Assembly (NCBI GenBank): GCA_934167095.1
Contig: CAKPKE010000003.1
Span: forward strand, 5,533 to 69,532
Source: an uncultured Clostridia bacterium
GTDB lineage: Bacteria; Bacillota; Clostridia; TANB77; CAG-508
Length of the DNA stretch: 64,000 bases
Direction: 5' to 3'
The notes below the pieces were generated by a model, which did no database searches, had not been told where the DNA came from, and was given only the letters and a program-made list of their open reading frames with translations. Positions 36,407-46,342 of the stretch are shown here, piece after piece. Made by a program: the position numbers and the translations under genes. Position 1 is the stretch's first letter. Each line of letters opens with the position of its first letter.

Positions 36407-37591
36407 ATGTTTTTTAAAATTCTTTTGCAACATTTTAGTGGATATGTAACAGTCAGAGTTGAAGGATATTTTATCGAAAAATTTATAAATAAATGTATAG
36501 CACAAAACATTGTTGTCTGGAATATAAAAAGAGAAAAGTCTACTATTATATATGCAAATATTGGAATTAAAAATTTTAAGCAAATAAGAAAAATAGCAAA
36601 AGATACAAAATGCAAAATCAAAATCTTAGATAAAAAAGGAATACCATTTTTCTTAAATAAGTACAGAAAGAGAAAAATTTTTGGAATAATATTGCTTCTT
36701 ATTATAGTAAGTTTGATAACTCTTTCGCAATTTGTATGGAAAGTAGAAATTTCAGGATTAGATAAAATTAATGAAAATGAAATAAGAAATATATTGGAAG
36801 ATAAAAATCTAAAAGTTGGAGGCATAAAATCTAAAATTGATACACAAGTAATAATAAATGAAATTCGATTAAAAAGAAGTGATATTTCATGGGTAGGAAT
36901 AGAAATAAATGGAACAAAAGCGTCTATAAAAATAGTAGAAGCGGAGGCCAAACCAGAGGTAATAAATGAAGAAGATTATTGTAATATTGTTGCAGACAAA
37001 ACTGCTCAGATTGTAAAAATATCTGCTCAAAGTGGAGTGCCAAAAGCTACGGAGGGAAGCATTGTAAAAGAAGGTGATATTTTAATTGCTGGTTGGATGG
37101 AAGGAAAGTACACAGGAACTAGGTTCGTTCATGCAAAAGGAGAAGTAAAAGCCAAAGTTTGGTATACGGAAAAGGTAAAAGTAGACTTTAAACAGCAGAT
37201 GGAAAAATATACAAATAATGAAGAAACAAAATATAAAATAAAAATTAATAATTTTCAAATAAATTTATTCAAAACCCTTTCAAAATTTGAAAAATATGAT
37301 ACAATAGAAACGGAAAACCAAATTAGGATTTCTAATAACTTTTATTTACCTATAAAGTTAATAAAAATTACCAATAAGGAAAAAATTGACGAAGAAATTA
37401 CCTACGGATCTGAAGAAGCAAAGAATAAAGGTGTAGAAATTGCATCTGAAAAAATTAAGCAAAACTTGCCAGAGGAAAGTCAGGTATTACAAAAATATAT
37501 AGACTATAGTGAAGAACAAGATTCTGTAACTGTGGAAGTAACTTACGAAGTATTGGAAAGTATAGGGACTAAAGAAAAAATAGTATTTTGA
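36407..37591 (+). CDS. yqfD: stage IV sporulation protein YqfD
   Basis: MFFKILLQHFSGYVTVRVEGYFIEKFINKC... plus a central TM. Synteny yqfC-yqfD. Confidence 0.8.
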   Translation: MFFKILLQHFSGYVTVRVEGYFIEKFINKCIAQNIVVWNIKREKSTIIYANIGIKNFKQIRKIAKDTKCKIKILDKKGIPFFLNKYRKRKIFGIILLLIIVSLITLSQFVWKVEISGLDKINENEIRNILEDKNLKVGGIKSKIDTQVIINEIRLKRSDISWVGIEINGTKASIKIVEAEAKPEVINEEDYCNIVADKTAQIVKISAQSGVPKATEGSIVKEGDILIAGWMEGKYTGTRFVHAKGEVKAKVWYTEKVKVDFKQQMEKYTNNEETKYKIKINNFQINLFKTLSKFEKYDTIETENQIRISNNFYLPIKLIKITNKEKIDEEITYGSEEAKNKGVEIASEKIKQNLPEESQVLQKYIDYSEEQDSVTVEVTYEVLESIGTKEKIVF

Positions 37592-37606
37592 AAGGAATGG
37601 AATAAT

Positions 37607-38851
37607 ATGGAAGAAAAAAGCCTACGAGTTTATTCAGAGAAAAAAATTTTCACAAGGATAACAAATACTATCACCAAACTATTAACACCAACAAAAATAG
37701 GAATTAATGGAATGTTAATTTCTATGAAAAGAAATAATGTGTTAAGGGCTTACGATAATTATGTAGCAAGCTTAGAAGATGAAGAAGAAACTAAAAAAGA
37801 TGAAATAGAGAAAAAATATGAAGATGCATTTTCTCTTTATTTAGAGTCTATTGATAAGCATATAATGGATAATGTATACAAAAAAGTAAAAAGCGGAATT
37901 GCAACTGATTTTGAAAAAAATGCATTGTCAAAATATTATCTAGTTGTACATCTAAAAGAAGTAGAATATCTAGAGTATAAATATAGAAAGCAAATATTTT
38001 TAATACAATTAGATTATGATACAGTAAAAGAACTAAAGAAAGAAAAATTACAAAACAGATTTGAGCATTTTTATGCAAGCAGAATGCAAGCGTTATATAA
38101 AAAGCTATTAAAAAATTACTCAATAAAACTTGCTGAAAATATGACAGATAGAGAGAAAAATGAAATCTACGAAAAAATATTTGAAACAGTAGAGGAATAT
38201 ATAACAGAAATTCTACCAATAAAAATGGCAGAAGAACCAGATAACAAATTATATTCTGAAATTGTTGATGATTACAAAAATTTTGAAAGATTTACAGTTG
38301 GTAAATTAGATCAAAATGATGTAATTGAAAAAAATATGATATTATTAAATATCAGCAGAAAATTATTTACACATAGCTTGCCACTTGCAGTTGCAGAACA
38401 ATGCTATGAAAAATTATTAGATGATTGTAGAATGTTAATAATGGATACAAAAATGAAAAGAAAACAAGAAAAGGCTTATGGACTTCTTGTTAATATAATA
38501 GAAGACTATAATTTAAGACTTCTTTCTACAAAAATCTATTGGGACAAGCCACAAGAAAAAGAAGAATACAAAAAATTCTGGAATGAATACAAAAAAATAA
38601 GTGAGCTAAAAAATAAAAATTACATGGAATATTCAAGACAAAGAGAAATCTTATTCTTAAGAAGAGAATTAAAAAATGTATATAAAAATATAAATAAATA
38701 TTGTAGAATTGAAAAATTCTTCAAAGGCAAACTTGTAGAGTATGGAGTAATGAAACAATTACAAAATAGCTACAGTTCAGAAGGAACATTTACAAAAACA
38801 AAAGACGAAAGTTTTAATATAAATGAAATGGCAAGAGCTGTTAGCTTTTAA
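37607..38851 (+). CDS. hypothetical Lys/Glu/Tyr-rich protein (414 aa) in the position occupied by phoH/yqfF in Bacillus
   Basis: No P-loop or HD motif. Predicted helical or coiled-coil. Confidence 0.5.
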   Translation: MEEKSLRVYSEKKIFTRITNTITKLLTPTKIGINGMLISMKRNNVLRAYDNYVASLEDEEETKKDEIEKKYEDAFSLYLESIDKHIMDNVYKKVKSGIATDFEKNALSKYYLVVHLKEVEYLEYKYRKQIFLIQLDYDTVKELKKEKLQNRFEHFYASRMQALYKKLLKNYSIKLAENMTDREKNEIYEKIFETVEEYITEILPIKMAEEPDNKLYSEIVDDYKNFERFTVGKLDQNDVIEKNMILLNISRKLFTHSLPLAVAEQCYEKLLDDCRMLIMDTKMKRKQEKAYGLLVNIIEDYNLRLLSTKIYWDKPQEKEEYKKFWNEYKKISELKNKNYMEYSRQREILFLRRELKNVYKNINKYCRIEKFFKGKLVEYGVMKQLQNSYSSEGTFTKTKDESFNINEMARAVSF

Positions 38852-38869
38852 TTGGAGGACGAAACAAAT

Positions 38870-39367
38870 ATGCCTAATAAAAAATTTGTGCAAATAGAAT
38901 TTGAAAACGAAGAAGAAAATGAAGAGTATGTAAAACTAATTGAAAAAGTAGTAGAAACATGTTTTTTAGAAGAAAAACTAGAAAATACAAATTTATACTT
39001 AAATGTTATTTTAACTGACCCAGAAACAATAAGACAAACAAACAAAAAGTATAGAGAAATAGACAAAGAGACAGATGTTTTATCTTTTCCAATGTTTGAA
39101 AAAGACGAAATTAAAGAAATAATCGAAAAAACTAGTCCAGAATGTGAAATTGCAGATGTTTTAGGAGATATTATGATATCAATTCCTAGAGTTAAAGAGC
39201 AAGCAAAAGAATATGGACATAGTGTTACAAGAGAACTTGCATATATGGTAGTTCATGGATTTTACCATGTAATGGGATATGACCATATAAAAGAAGAAGA
39301 CAAAGTATTAATGAGGCCAAAAGAAGAAAATATATTAAATAAATTAAACATAACTAGAGAGGATTAA
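38870..39367 (+). CDS. ybeY: rRNA maturation endoribonuclease YbeY
   Basis: HGFYHVMGYDH metal-binding motif. Start at MPNKK (RBS GGAGGA). Confidence 0.85.
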   Translation: MPNKKFVQIEFENEEENEEYVKLIEKVVETCFLEEKLENTNLYLNVILTDPETIRQTNKKYREIDKETDVLSFPMFEKDEIKEIIEKTSPECEIADVLGDIMISIPRVKEQAKEYGHSVTRELAYMVVHGFYHVMGYDHIKEEDKVLMRPKEENILNKLNITRED

Positions 39368-39370
39368 TAT

Positions 39371-40126
39371 TTGCAGATGAATAAAGACAGTAAAAAAATG
39401 AAAAATGATAATTTCATTGAAGCCTGTAACAATGCGGTAAATGGAATTATATATACAGCAACTACTCAAAGAAATTTTAGAATACAATTAGTTCTAGCGG
39501 TTATAGTTATGATATTAAGCCTTTTCTATGGACTAGATACTTCACAATTTTTGTGCTTAGTGTTTGCTTTATTTTTTGTATTGTTTGCTGAAATGATAAA
39601 TACAGCAATTGAAACAGTTGTTGATTTATTTGTAGATGTATATCATCCAAAGGCAAAAATTGCAAAAGATGTTGCAGCAGGCGCAGTAGTGCTATCTGCA
39701 ATAAATGCAATAGTAGTAGGATATTTTATATTTTTTAAAGCAGAAAATTTATCAGAACTAAGCCAAAGCGTGCTACATAACATGGTTAAATCCCCAGTAC
39801 ACTTAACTTTTGTTGCAGTAATGTTAGTAGTAATTGCAGTCGTTGCAATAAAAGCAAGTTGCTCAAAGAAAAAGCAAAGAGGAGAACTTATAAAAGACGG
39901 ATTTGTTCCTAGTGGACAGTCTGCAATAGCATTTGCAATTCTTACTGCAATATGGCTAAACAGTAGAGATATAATAACATTTACATTAGCCTTAGCACTA
40001 TCTGTTTTAGTAGTAGGAAATAGATATAAATCAAATGCAAGAACAAAAGCAGAAATAGTGTTTGGAATATGCATGGGAGTCTTAATAGTAATTTTAATCT
40101 ATGGACTAACAATATTTAAAATTTAA
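39371..40126 (+). CDS. dgkA: DgkA-type membrane diacylglycerol/undecaprenol kinase fused to a PAP2-like phosphatase domain
   Basis: EMINTAIETVVD and DVAAGAVVLSAI match E. coli DgkA. C-terminal half has PSGQSA and more TM helices (PAP2-like). Confidence 0.7.
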   Translation: MQMNKDSKKMKNDNFIEACNNAVNGIIYTATTQRNFRIQLVLAVIVMILSLFYGLDTSQFLCLVFALFFVLFAEMINTAIETVVDLFVDVYHPKAKIAKDVAAGAVVLSAINAIVVGYFIFFKAENLSELSQSVLHNMVKSPVHLTFVAVMLVVIAVVAIKASCSKKKQRGELIKDGFVPSGQSAIAFAILTAIWLNSRDIITFTLALALSVLVVGNRYKSNARTKAEIVFGICMGVLIVILIYGLTIFKI

Positions 40127-40196
40127 ATGAAGTAAGAAGAATAAAAAACGTGTGCTTACCTCAGAAAAAACGAAAGCAAGAAGGGAATAAAATTAA

Positions 40197-41279
40197 ATGA
40201 AGAAGAAAGTAATTATATTTATTGTAATAGTAATAATTTTAGCACTAGCAGTTGGTGGAGCTTTAGCCTATGCGATTGTTAGAAAAAATAAAGCAAAAAA
40301 TTCAAATGAAACAAATGTAGAAGAAAATCAAGTTGCTGAGGAACCAAAGGTTGAAAAAACAGTACAAATATATAAAGGCAATGAAAGACCTATAGCTGTA
40401 ATGATAGATAATCATAAAGCAGCGCTTCCACAAGCTGGTTTAAATTCTGCATACATGGTATATGAAATAATTGTAGAAGGTGGAGAAAGTAGATTAATGG
40501 CTTTGTTCAAATCATCTGATACAGATATAGTAGGACCTGTAAGAAGCTCTAGACATTATTTCTTAGACTACGCTTTAGAAAATGATGCAATATATGCACA
40601 CTTTGGATGGAGCCCACAAGCACAATCTGATATATCAAGCTTAGGTGTAAACAATATAAATGGTTTATATTATGATGGAACATCAGCTTATTGGAGAGTA
40701 AAAGATAAATCAGCTCCACACAATGTAAAAGCAAGTCTTGCAGGCTTAAAAGAAAGAGCTGAAAAATTAGGATATAGAACAACATCAGATGTATCTAGTG
40801 TATTAAAATATGTAACAGATGAAGTTAATTTAGAAGATGGTCAGTCAGCAACTACAGTAACAATTCCATATTCTGATTCAAATGTTGTTAAATATGAATA
40901 TGATGAAGAAACTCAAAGATATCAAAGATACTCAAAAGGCGTAAAGGAAACAGACTGGGATTCAGGAGATGCTATAACAACAAAAAACATAATTGTAACA
41001 TTTGCTAAAAATTCAACATTATATGATGGTGAAAATAAAGGAAGACAAACTTTAAGCAATATAGGAACTTTAGACGGATACTATATTACAAATGGCAAAG
41101 CTATAAAAATTACTTGCGAAAAGACATCAAGAAGTTCAAGAACAGTTTACAAAGATCTAGAAGGAAATGAAATAAAAGTAAACGACGGAAATACTTATGT
41201 TCAAATTTGCCCAATAGATGCAAAAGTTGTAATAGAAGGACCACAGGAGTTAGTTTCAGTAGAACCAAGTAATGATTAA
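40197..41279 (+). CDS. DUF3048-family membrane-anchored protein (YerB-like)
   Basis: N-terminal TM, then PIAVMIDNHKAALPQAGLNSAYMVYEIIVEGGESRLMALF. Confidence 0.65.
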   Translation: MKKKVIIFIVIVIILALAVGGALAYAIVRKNKAKNSNETNVEENQVAEEPKVEKTVQIYKGNERPIAVMIDNHKAALPQAGLNSAYMVYEIIVEGGESRLMALFKSSDTDIVGPVRSSRHYFLDYALENDAIYAHFGWSPQAQSDISSLGVNNINGLYYDGTSAYWRVKDKSAPHNVKASLAGLKERAEKLGYRTTSDVSSVLKYVTDEVNLEDGQSATTVTIPYSDSNVVKYEYDEETQRYQRYSKGVKETDWDSGDAITTKNIIVTFAKNSTLYDGENKGRQTLSNIGTLDGYYITNGKAIKITCEKTSRSSRTVYKDLEGNEIKVNDGNTYVQICPIDAKVVIEGPQELVSVEPSND

Positions 41280-41313
41280 TATTAAGGAGAATACTAAATA
41301 AAGTATTCTCCTT

Positions 41314-42042
41314 TTAAAATAGCTTTTCTAATTTATATTCTTTTTCCAAATTTTTATTAACATATAAAGAAGCTATTAATTTTAACTCTTTTTTAGATTC
41401 TTCAGAAACATTAAATGAAAATATTTTCTTTGCTGGTGCAGAAAAAATGTATTTTAATGCATTGAAAGAATCTTCGTTAATTCGTATAGCTGATTTGTCT
41501 GATCTACCACAAGGTCCACATACAAACCCAGAATTTTCAATACTAAAGTAAGCAATGTTTTCTTTTGAGCCACATAAAGAGCAACTGTTAAGTTTAGGAG
41601 TGAACCCTAAAAGTTGCATAAGTCTTAATTCAAATACTGAAAGTATAAAATCCTTGTCCATATCCGTTTCGGAAATTACATATAAAGTATTTAAAAGAAG
41701 TTGCAAAATTTTATATGTATATTGATTTTCGTCTGTCACATCATAAACCATTCTTGAAATGAAAGACGCATAAGTTAGTTTCTCTAAATCTGTTCTAATA
41801 TTGTAAAAAACTTCGATTGCTTCACATGAATTTATATTATATGAATTAGCACCGCTAAAAATTACTAAATCGCTAAAACTCAAAAATTGTGTGCCAGCTA
41901 AAAGAGGACTTTTTGGCTTTCTAGCTCCTTTAGCAGCACAGCCAATTTTACCTAAGTCAGGGGTGAGTATTGATACCATTTTATCAAAATCTCCCATGTT
42001 ACTTTCAAAAAGTACTAATCCTTTTGTTTTTATTATTCCCAT
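41314..42042 (-). CDS. recO: DNA repair protein RecO
   Basis: N-terminal OB-fold region. C-terminal Zn motif CSLCGS...CGPCG. Confidence 0.85.
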   Translation of the reverse strand: MGIIKTKGLVLFESNMGDFDKMVSILTPDLGKIGCAAKGARKPKSPLLAGTQFLSFSDLVIFSGANSYNINSCEAIEVFYNIRTDLEKLTYASFISRMVYDVTDENQYTYKILQLLLNTLYVISETDMDKDFILSVFELRLMQLLGFTPKLNSCSLCGSKENIAYFSIENSGFVCGPCGRSDKSAIRINEDSFNALKYIFSAPAKKIFSFNVSEESKKELKLIASLYVNKNLEKEYKLEKLF

Positions 42043-42044
42043 AG

Positions 42045-42233
42045 TTATAAGGTATTTCCTTTATTATTTTTTGTGTTTATATTTTCTATATTAGTAGGAA
42101 AGTTGTCGTTAAAAACTGCGAATTGTGCATTGCTTTTTATTTGCTGTTCTGCTTTTTCGACTTTCATAAGTTCTAGGAAAGTGTCAATATTTCCAGTATT
42201 TTTAAAGGTTTTCCAAGCTAAATCTTTTATCAT
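42045..42233 (-). CDS. yqzL: YqzL-family small protein
   Basis: MIKDLAWKTFKNTGNIDTFLELMKVEKAEQ. Conserved position between era and recO. Confidence 0.6.
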   Translation of the reverse strand: MIKDLAWKTFKNTGNIDTFLELMKVEKAEQQIKSNAQFAVFNDNFPTNIENINTKNNKGNTL

Positions 42234-42297
42234 AAGTCATTACTCCTTAATGTAAAATATATTTACATTTATTTTTTTCAAATTTTAAGAAATTATA

Positions 42298-43206
42298 CTA
42301 TTGCAATTTGAATTTTTTTACAAGGGCATCGTCATTTAACCAATCTTCACGAACTTTAACCCATAATTTCAAATTGACTTTAGTGCCAAACATTGCTTCT
42401 AAGTCTTGCCTTGCATAAGTTCCAATTCTTTTTAGCATTTGACCACCTTTGCCAATAATAATTCCTTTGTGAGATTCACGAATGCAATATATAGTTGCAT
42501 CAACATCGTAAATTTCTTCTTTATTTGCTGTTTTTCTGAATTTCATTTTTGTACATTCTACATATATTCCATGTGGAACTTCTTCATCTAAAAGCTTTAA
42601 AGCTTTTTCGCGAATAGTTTCTTCGGCAAGTTGTCTTAATGTTTGATCAGTATATTCCTCAGTATCATAATATGCAGGACCAACTTTTAAGTGACTCTCG
42701 ATTTCATCTAATAAAACATCTAAGTTCTTATTTTTTGTAACAGATAGCGGAACTACAAATATAAAATTATATTCTTTAGAATATAATGCAATTAATTCTG
42801 CAAGATGTGCTTTATCTGTTAAGTCAATTTTGTTTATAACCAAAATGCATTTTTTATGTGATTCTATAATTTTATCTAAAATTCTTCTGTCGCCAGGTCC
42901 AATTTCAGTAGAAGTAGCATCAATAACAAAAATTATAATATCTACATCTAAAGATGCACCAAAAGCAGTTTCGACCATTGTGTTTCCAAGTTTTGACTTT
43001 GGTTTGTGGATACCAGGTGTATCTACAAATATTATTTGAGAGTTAGGTCTATTTACAATAGCTCTGATGGCTGTTCTAGTGGTTTGAACCTTATTTGCAA
43101 CAGCTGCAACTTTTTCGCCAACTAAAGCATTTATTATACTAGATTTTCCAACATTAGTTCTTCCAAGCATTGATACAAAGCCTGATTTAAAATTTTCTTG
43201 TTCCAT
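42298..43206 (-). CDS. era: GTPase Era
   Basis: GRTNVGKSS, DTPG, NKID G-motifs plus C-terminal KH domain. Confidence 0.95.
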   Translation of the reverse strand: MEQENFKSGFVSMLGRTNVGKSSIINALVGEKVAAVANKVQTTRTAIRAIVNRPNSQIIFVDTPGIHKPKSKLGNTMVETAFGASLDVDIIIFVIDATSTEIGPGDRRILDKIIESHKKCILVINKIDLTDKAHLAELIALYSKEYNFIFVVPLSVTKNKNLDVLLDEIESHLKVGPAYYDTEEYTDQTLRQLAEETIREKALKLLDEEVPHGIYVECTKMKFRKTANKEEIYDVDATIYCIRESHKGIIIGKGGQMLKRIGTYARQDLEAMFGTKVNLKLWVKVREDWLNDDALVKKFKLQ

Positions 43207-43330
43207 TTATTTGTCTCCTTTTTGCAAGAATATTATATCATAAGTTTTTTAATCTGAAAAGGCAAATCTCTTGAGAAATAACCAAATTTGTGTTATACTT
43301 TAGCAAGTTTAAATGAAGGAAGTTGAAGGT

Positions 43331-43888
43331 ATGTATTTAATAGTAGGACTAGGAAACCCAGAAGAAGAATATTCAAAAACAAGACATAACATGGGATTTG
43401 ATGTTATAAATAAGCTTGCGAAAAAGCATGATATAAATGTAGAAAAAACAAAATTTCAAAGTTTGTATGGCACAGGAATGATTGAAAATGAAAAAGTAAT
43501 CTTAATAAAACCTCAAACTTATATGAATAATAGTGGTGAGGCAGTAAAGCCTTTTGCTGATTTTTATAAAATTGAACCTGAAAAAATAATTGTTATTTAT
43601 GATGATATAGACATTTTAACAGGAATAACAAAAATAAGATTAAAAGGTGGTCCTGGAACTCATAATGGAATGAAGTCTGTTGTACATGAACTAGGAACAA
43701 CAGAATTCCCAAGGGTAAGAGTTGGAACAGGAAATGGTGAAAAAATTCAAGATTTAATAAGCTATGTAATTGGAAAAGTAAATGACGAAGAGTATGAAAA
43801 ACTAGAAGAAGGGATTAATAAAGGAGTTATTGCTATTGAAGAAATTCTAAAAGTAGGAATTGAAAAAGCAATGAGTAAACTTAACTAA
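43331..43888 (+). CDS. pth: peptidyl-tRNA hydrolase
   Basis: MYLIVGLGNPEEEYSKTRHNMGF... Start at the second Met of the ORF (RBS GAAGGAAG). Confidence 0.9.
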   Translation: MYLIVGLGNPEEEYSKTRHNMGFDVINKLAKKHDINVEKTKFQSLYGTGMIENEKVILIKPQTYMNNSGEAVKPFADFYKIEPEKIIVIYDDIDILTGITKIRLKGGPGTHNGMKSVVHELGTTEFPRVRVGTGNGEKIQDLISYVIGKVNDEEYEKLEEGINKGVIAIEEILKVGIEKAMSKLN

Positions 43889-43891
43889 AAT

Positions 43892-45082
43892 ATGAAAGAA
43901 TTAATTATAAGTAAAAACAAAAGAAAAATAGCAGTATTAGTGCAAAATGGAAAATTGGTTGAGCAATATGAAGAAACAGAAAGCGTCTTAGAAGGAAATA
44001 TATATTGTGGTGTTGTAAAAGATGTATTGCCAGGTATGCAAGCTGCTTTTGTAGATATTGGCGAAGATAAAAATGCATTTATTCATATAAAAGATATTGT
44101 GCCAAAAGTAAGCAGTCAAACTGGTAATAAATTAGAGGAAATGTCTAAGTATAAAATAAAGGACTATATAAAACAAGGTGATACAATTCTTGTTCAAATA
44201 AGAAAAGATGAAGTTGAAAAGAAGGGAGCAAGAATTACAAAACATATTAGTTTAACTGGTAGACTAACTGTACTTGAAGTAGATAATCCTTTTGTGACAC
44301 TTTCTCAAAAAATAGAAAATAAAGATGAAAGAAAAAGACTAAAGGATATTGCTAAAAGTTATATATCAAATTACAAAAATGAAAAGTATGGTATAATTTT
44401 AAGAACAGGAGCGGAAGGCAAAAACAAAGAAGAAATTGAAAATGATATAAAAGAATTGATTGATACTTGGCAAGAAATAAAGAAAAAATATAGTGAAATT
44501 TCAAAGCTAAAAAAAGCTACTATAATATATAAAAATAGAGATGTTGTAACAAAGTTTTTAGTTGGAATTTTAGAAACTGACATTGATGAAATTACTGTAA
44601 ATGATAAAGTAGAGTATGATAAAGTAAAGAAATATTTAAATATGATAAATAATAAAACTACAGTAGTAACTTTAAAAGAGAATGAAAATGTGCTAACTAA
44701 ATATGATGTTGATACCCAATTAGAAAAAATGAATGATAGAAAAATATGGCTTAACTGTGGAGGCTTTATAACAATAGATAAAACAGAAGCATTAACTGCT
44801 ATTGATGTAAATTCAGGAAAATTTACAGGTAACAAAAAAATGACTAAAGAAAACACAATAGTAAAAGTAAATAAAGAAGCTACAATAGAAATTGCAAAGC
44901 AGTTAAGACTTAGAAATATAAGTGGAATAATTGTAATAGACTACATCGATATGGAAGAAGAAAAAGACAAAGACGAGATAATAAACTTACTTAAAAACGA
45001 ATTAAAAAAAGATAGAAGTAAAACTCAAATTGAAGGTTTTACTAAATTAGATTTATTAGAAATGACAAGAAAAAAATTATAG
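43892..45082 (+). CDS. Rne/Rng-family ribonuclease (short RNase G-like)
   Basis: S1 domain GNIYCGVVKDVLPGMQAAFVDIG..KNAFIH and DNase-I-like core (AIDVNSGKF). Confidence 0.75.
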   Translation: MKELIISKNKRKIAVLVQNGKLVEQYEETESVLEGNIYCGVVKDVLPGMQAAFVDIGEDKNAFIHIKDIVPKVSSQTGNKLEEMSKYKIKDYIKQGDTILVQIRKDEVEKKGARITKHISLTGRLTVLEVDNPFVTLSQKIENKDERKRLKDIAKSYISNYKNEKYGIILRTGAEGKNKEEIENDIKELIDTWQEIKKKYSEISKLKKATIIYKNRDVVTKFLVGILETDIDEITVNDKVEYDKVKKYLNMINNKTTVVTLKENENVLTKYDVDTQLEKMNDRKIWLNCGGFITIDKTEALTAIDVNSGKFTGNKKMTKENTIVKVNKEATIEIAKQLRLRNISGIIVIDYIDMEEEKDKDEIINLLKNELKKDRSKTQIEGFTKLDLLEMTRKKL

Positions 45083-45088
45083 TGTTTT

Positions 45089-45130
45089 AAAGTGCAATAT
45101 TTGTGAAATAAAGTGCAAATATTGCACTTT
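45089..45130. terminator. perfect 15-bp inverted repeat (aaagtgcaatatttg/caaatattgcacttt), terminator or operator
   Basis: 12-nt loop. Sits between rng and splB. No strong T-run. Confidence 0.45.
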
Positions 45131-45191
45131 AAATTTAAAAGTAATAATATAATAAAATTGTGGGTAAACTTTTTATATTGGAGGTATAAAA

Positions 45192-46190
45192 ATGTTTAAC
45201 CCACAAATTTTGTATTATGAAAAAGATATTGAAAATTATGTTTTAGGAAGAGAGCTACTAGAAAAATATAAAGATGTTCCAAAAGTAGAAATTGAAAATC
45301 ATAATAATATAGAAGAAATGAGAAAAAAGCAAAATAGTGAATTTGCTAAGATGAAACAAAATTTAATAATTGGAATAAGAAAGACTCATAAATTTGTAGA
45401 AAATCATAAAGTGTCAGATTTTTTAGTACCCTATACATCATCAGGCTGTACAGCTATGTGTATGTATTGCTATCTAGTTTGTAATTATAATAAATGTGCT
45501 TATTTGAGACTGTTTGTAAATAGAGAGCAAATGTTAGATAAAATAATAAAAGTTGCAAATGAAAGAGAAAAAAATCAAGTGTTTGAAATTGGAAGTAACA
45601 GTGATTTAGTTTTAGAAAATACAATTACTAATAATTTGGTATGGACAATTCAAAATTTTGCAAGTAGTAATAAAGGAATGTTAACTTTTCCAACTAAATT
45701 TGATATGGTAGATGATATTTTGAATTTGGATCATAAAGGAAAAGTAATAGTAAGGGTTAGCATGAATCCTGAAGAAATAATAAATAAAGTTGAATTTGGA
45801 ACATCAAGACTAAAAGGAAGAATTGAAGCTATAAATAAGCTTGCAGAAGCTGGATATAAAGTAGGCATACTCATAGCTCCCGTTATATTAGTAGAAAATT
45901 GGAAAGAATTATATGAAAATTTGATAAAAAGGCTAGAAGCGGAACTATCTGAAAAAGTAAAGAAACAAGCATTTTTTGAAATTATTTTTATGACATATAG
46001 TTATGTTCATACTAAAATAAATGCCGAGGCTTTTCCAAATGCGATAAACTTATATAATAAGGAAATAATGACAGGAAGAGGTAATGGAAAATATGCGTAT
46101 AAAAAAGAGATAAAAGAAGATTCACAAAAGTATATTTTAGAGCTAATGCAAAGGTATTTTCCTAGCAATGAAATAAAGTATATTGTATGA
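45192..46190 (+). CDS. splB: spore photoproduct lyase (radical SAM)
   Basis: CTAMCMYCY (CxxxCxxC). Overall collinear with B. subtilis SplB. Confidence 0.85.
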   Translation: MFNPQILYYEKDIENYVLGRELLEKYKDVPKVEIENHNNIEEMRKKQNSEFAKMKQNLIIGIRKTHKFVENHKVSDFLVPYTSSGCTAMCMYCYLVCNYNKCAYLRLFVNREQMLDKIIKVANEREKNQVFEIGSNSDLVLENTITNNLVWTIQNFASSNKGMLTFPTKFDMVDDILNLDHKGKVIVRVSMNPEEIINKVEFGTSRLKGRIEAINKLAEAGYKVGILIAPVILVENWKELYENLIKRLEAELSEKVKKQAFFEIIFMTYSYVHTKINAEAFPNAINLYNKEIMTGRGNGKYAYKKEIKEDSQKYILELMQRYFPSNEIKYIV

Positions 46191-46342
46191 GCACCATTTA
46201 CACTGATGTGAATATTACTCACTGGAATATTTGGAAAGTTCCACATATAATATTTTTGAAAGTACATAATAATTTGTGTAAGAAGTATAAAATATAAATT
46301 ATGTACAAAAATAATAAAAACATAAGAAAGGAACTTTTGAAA

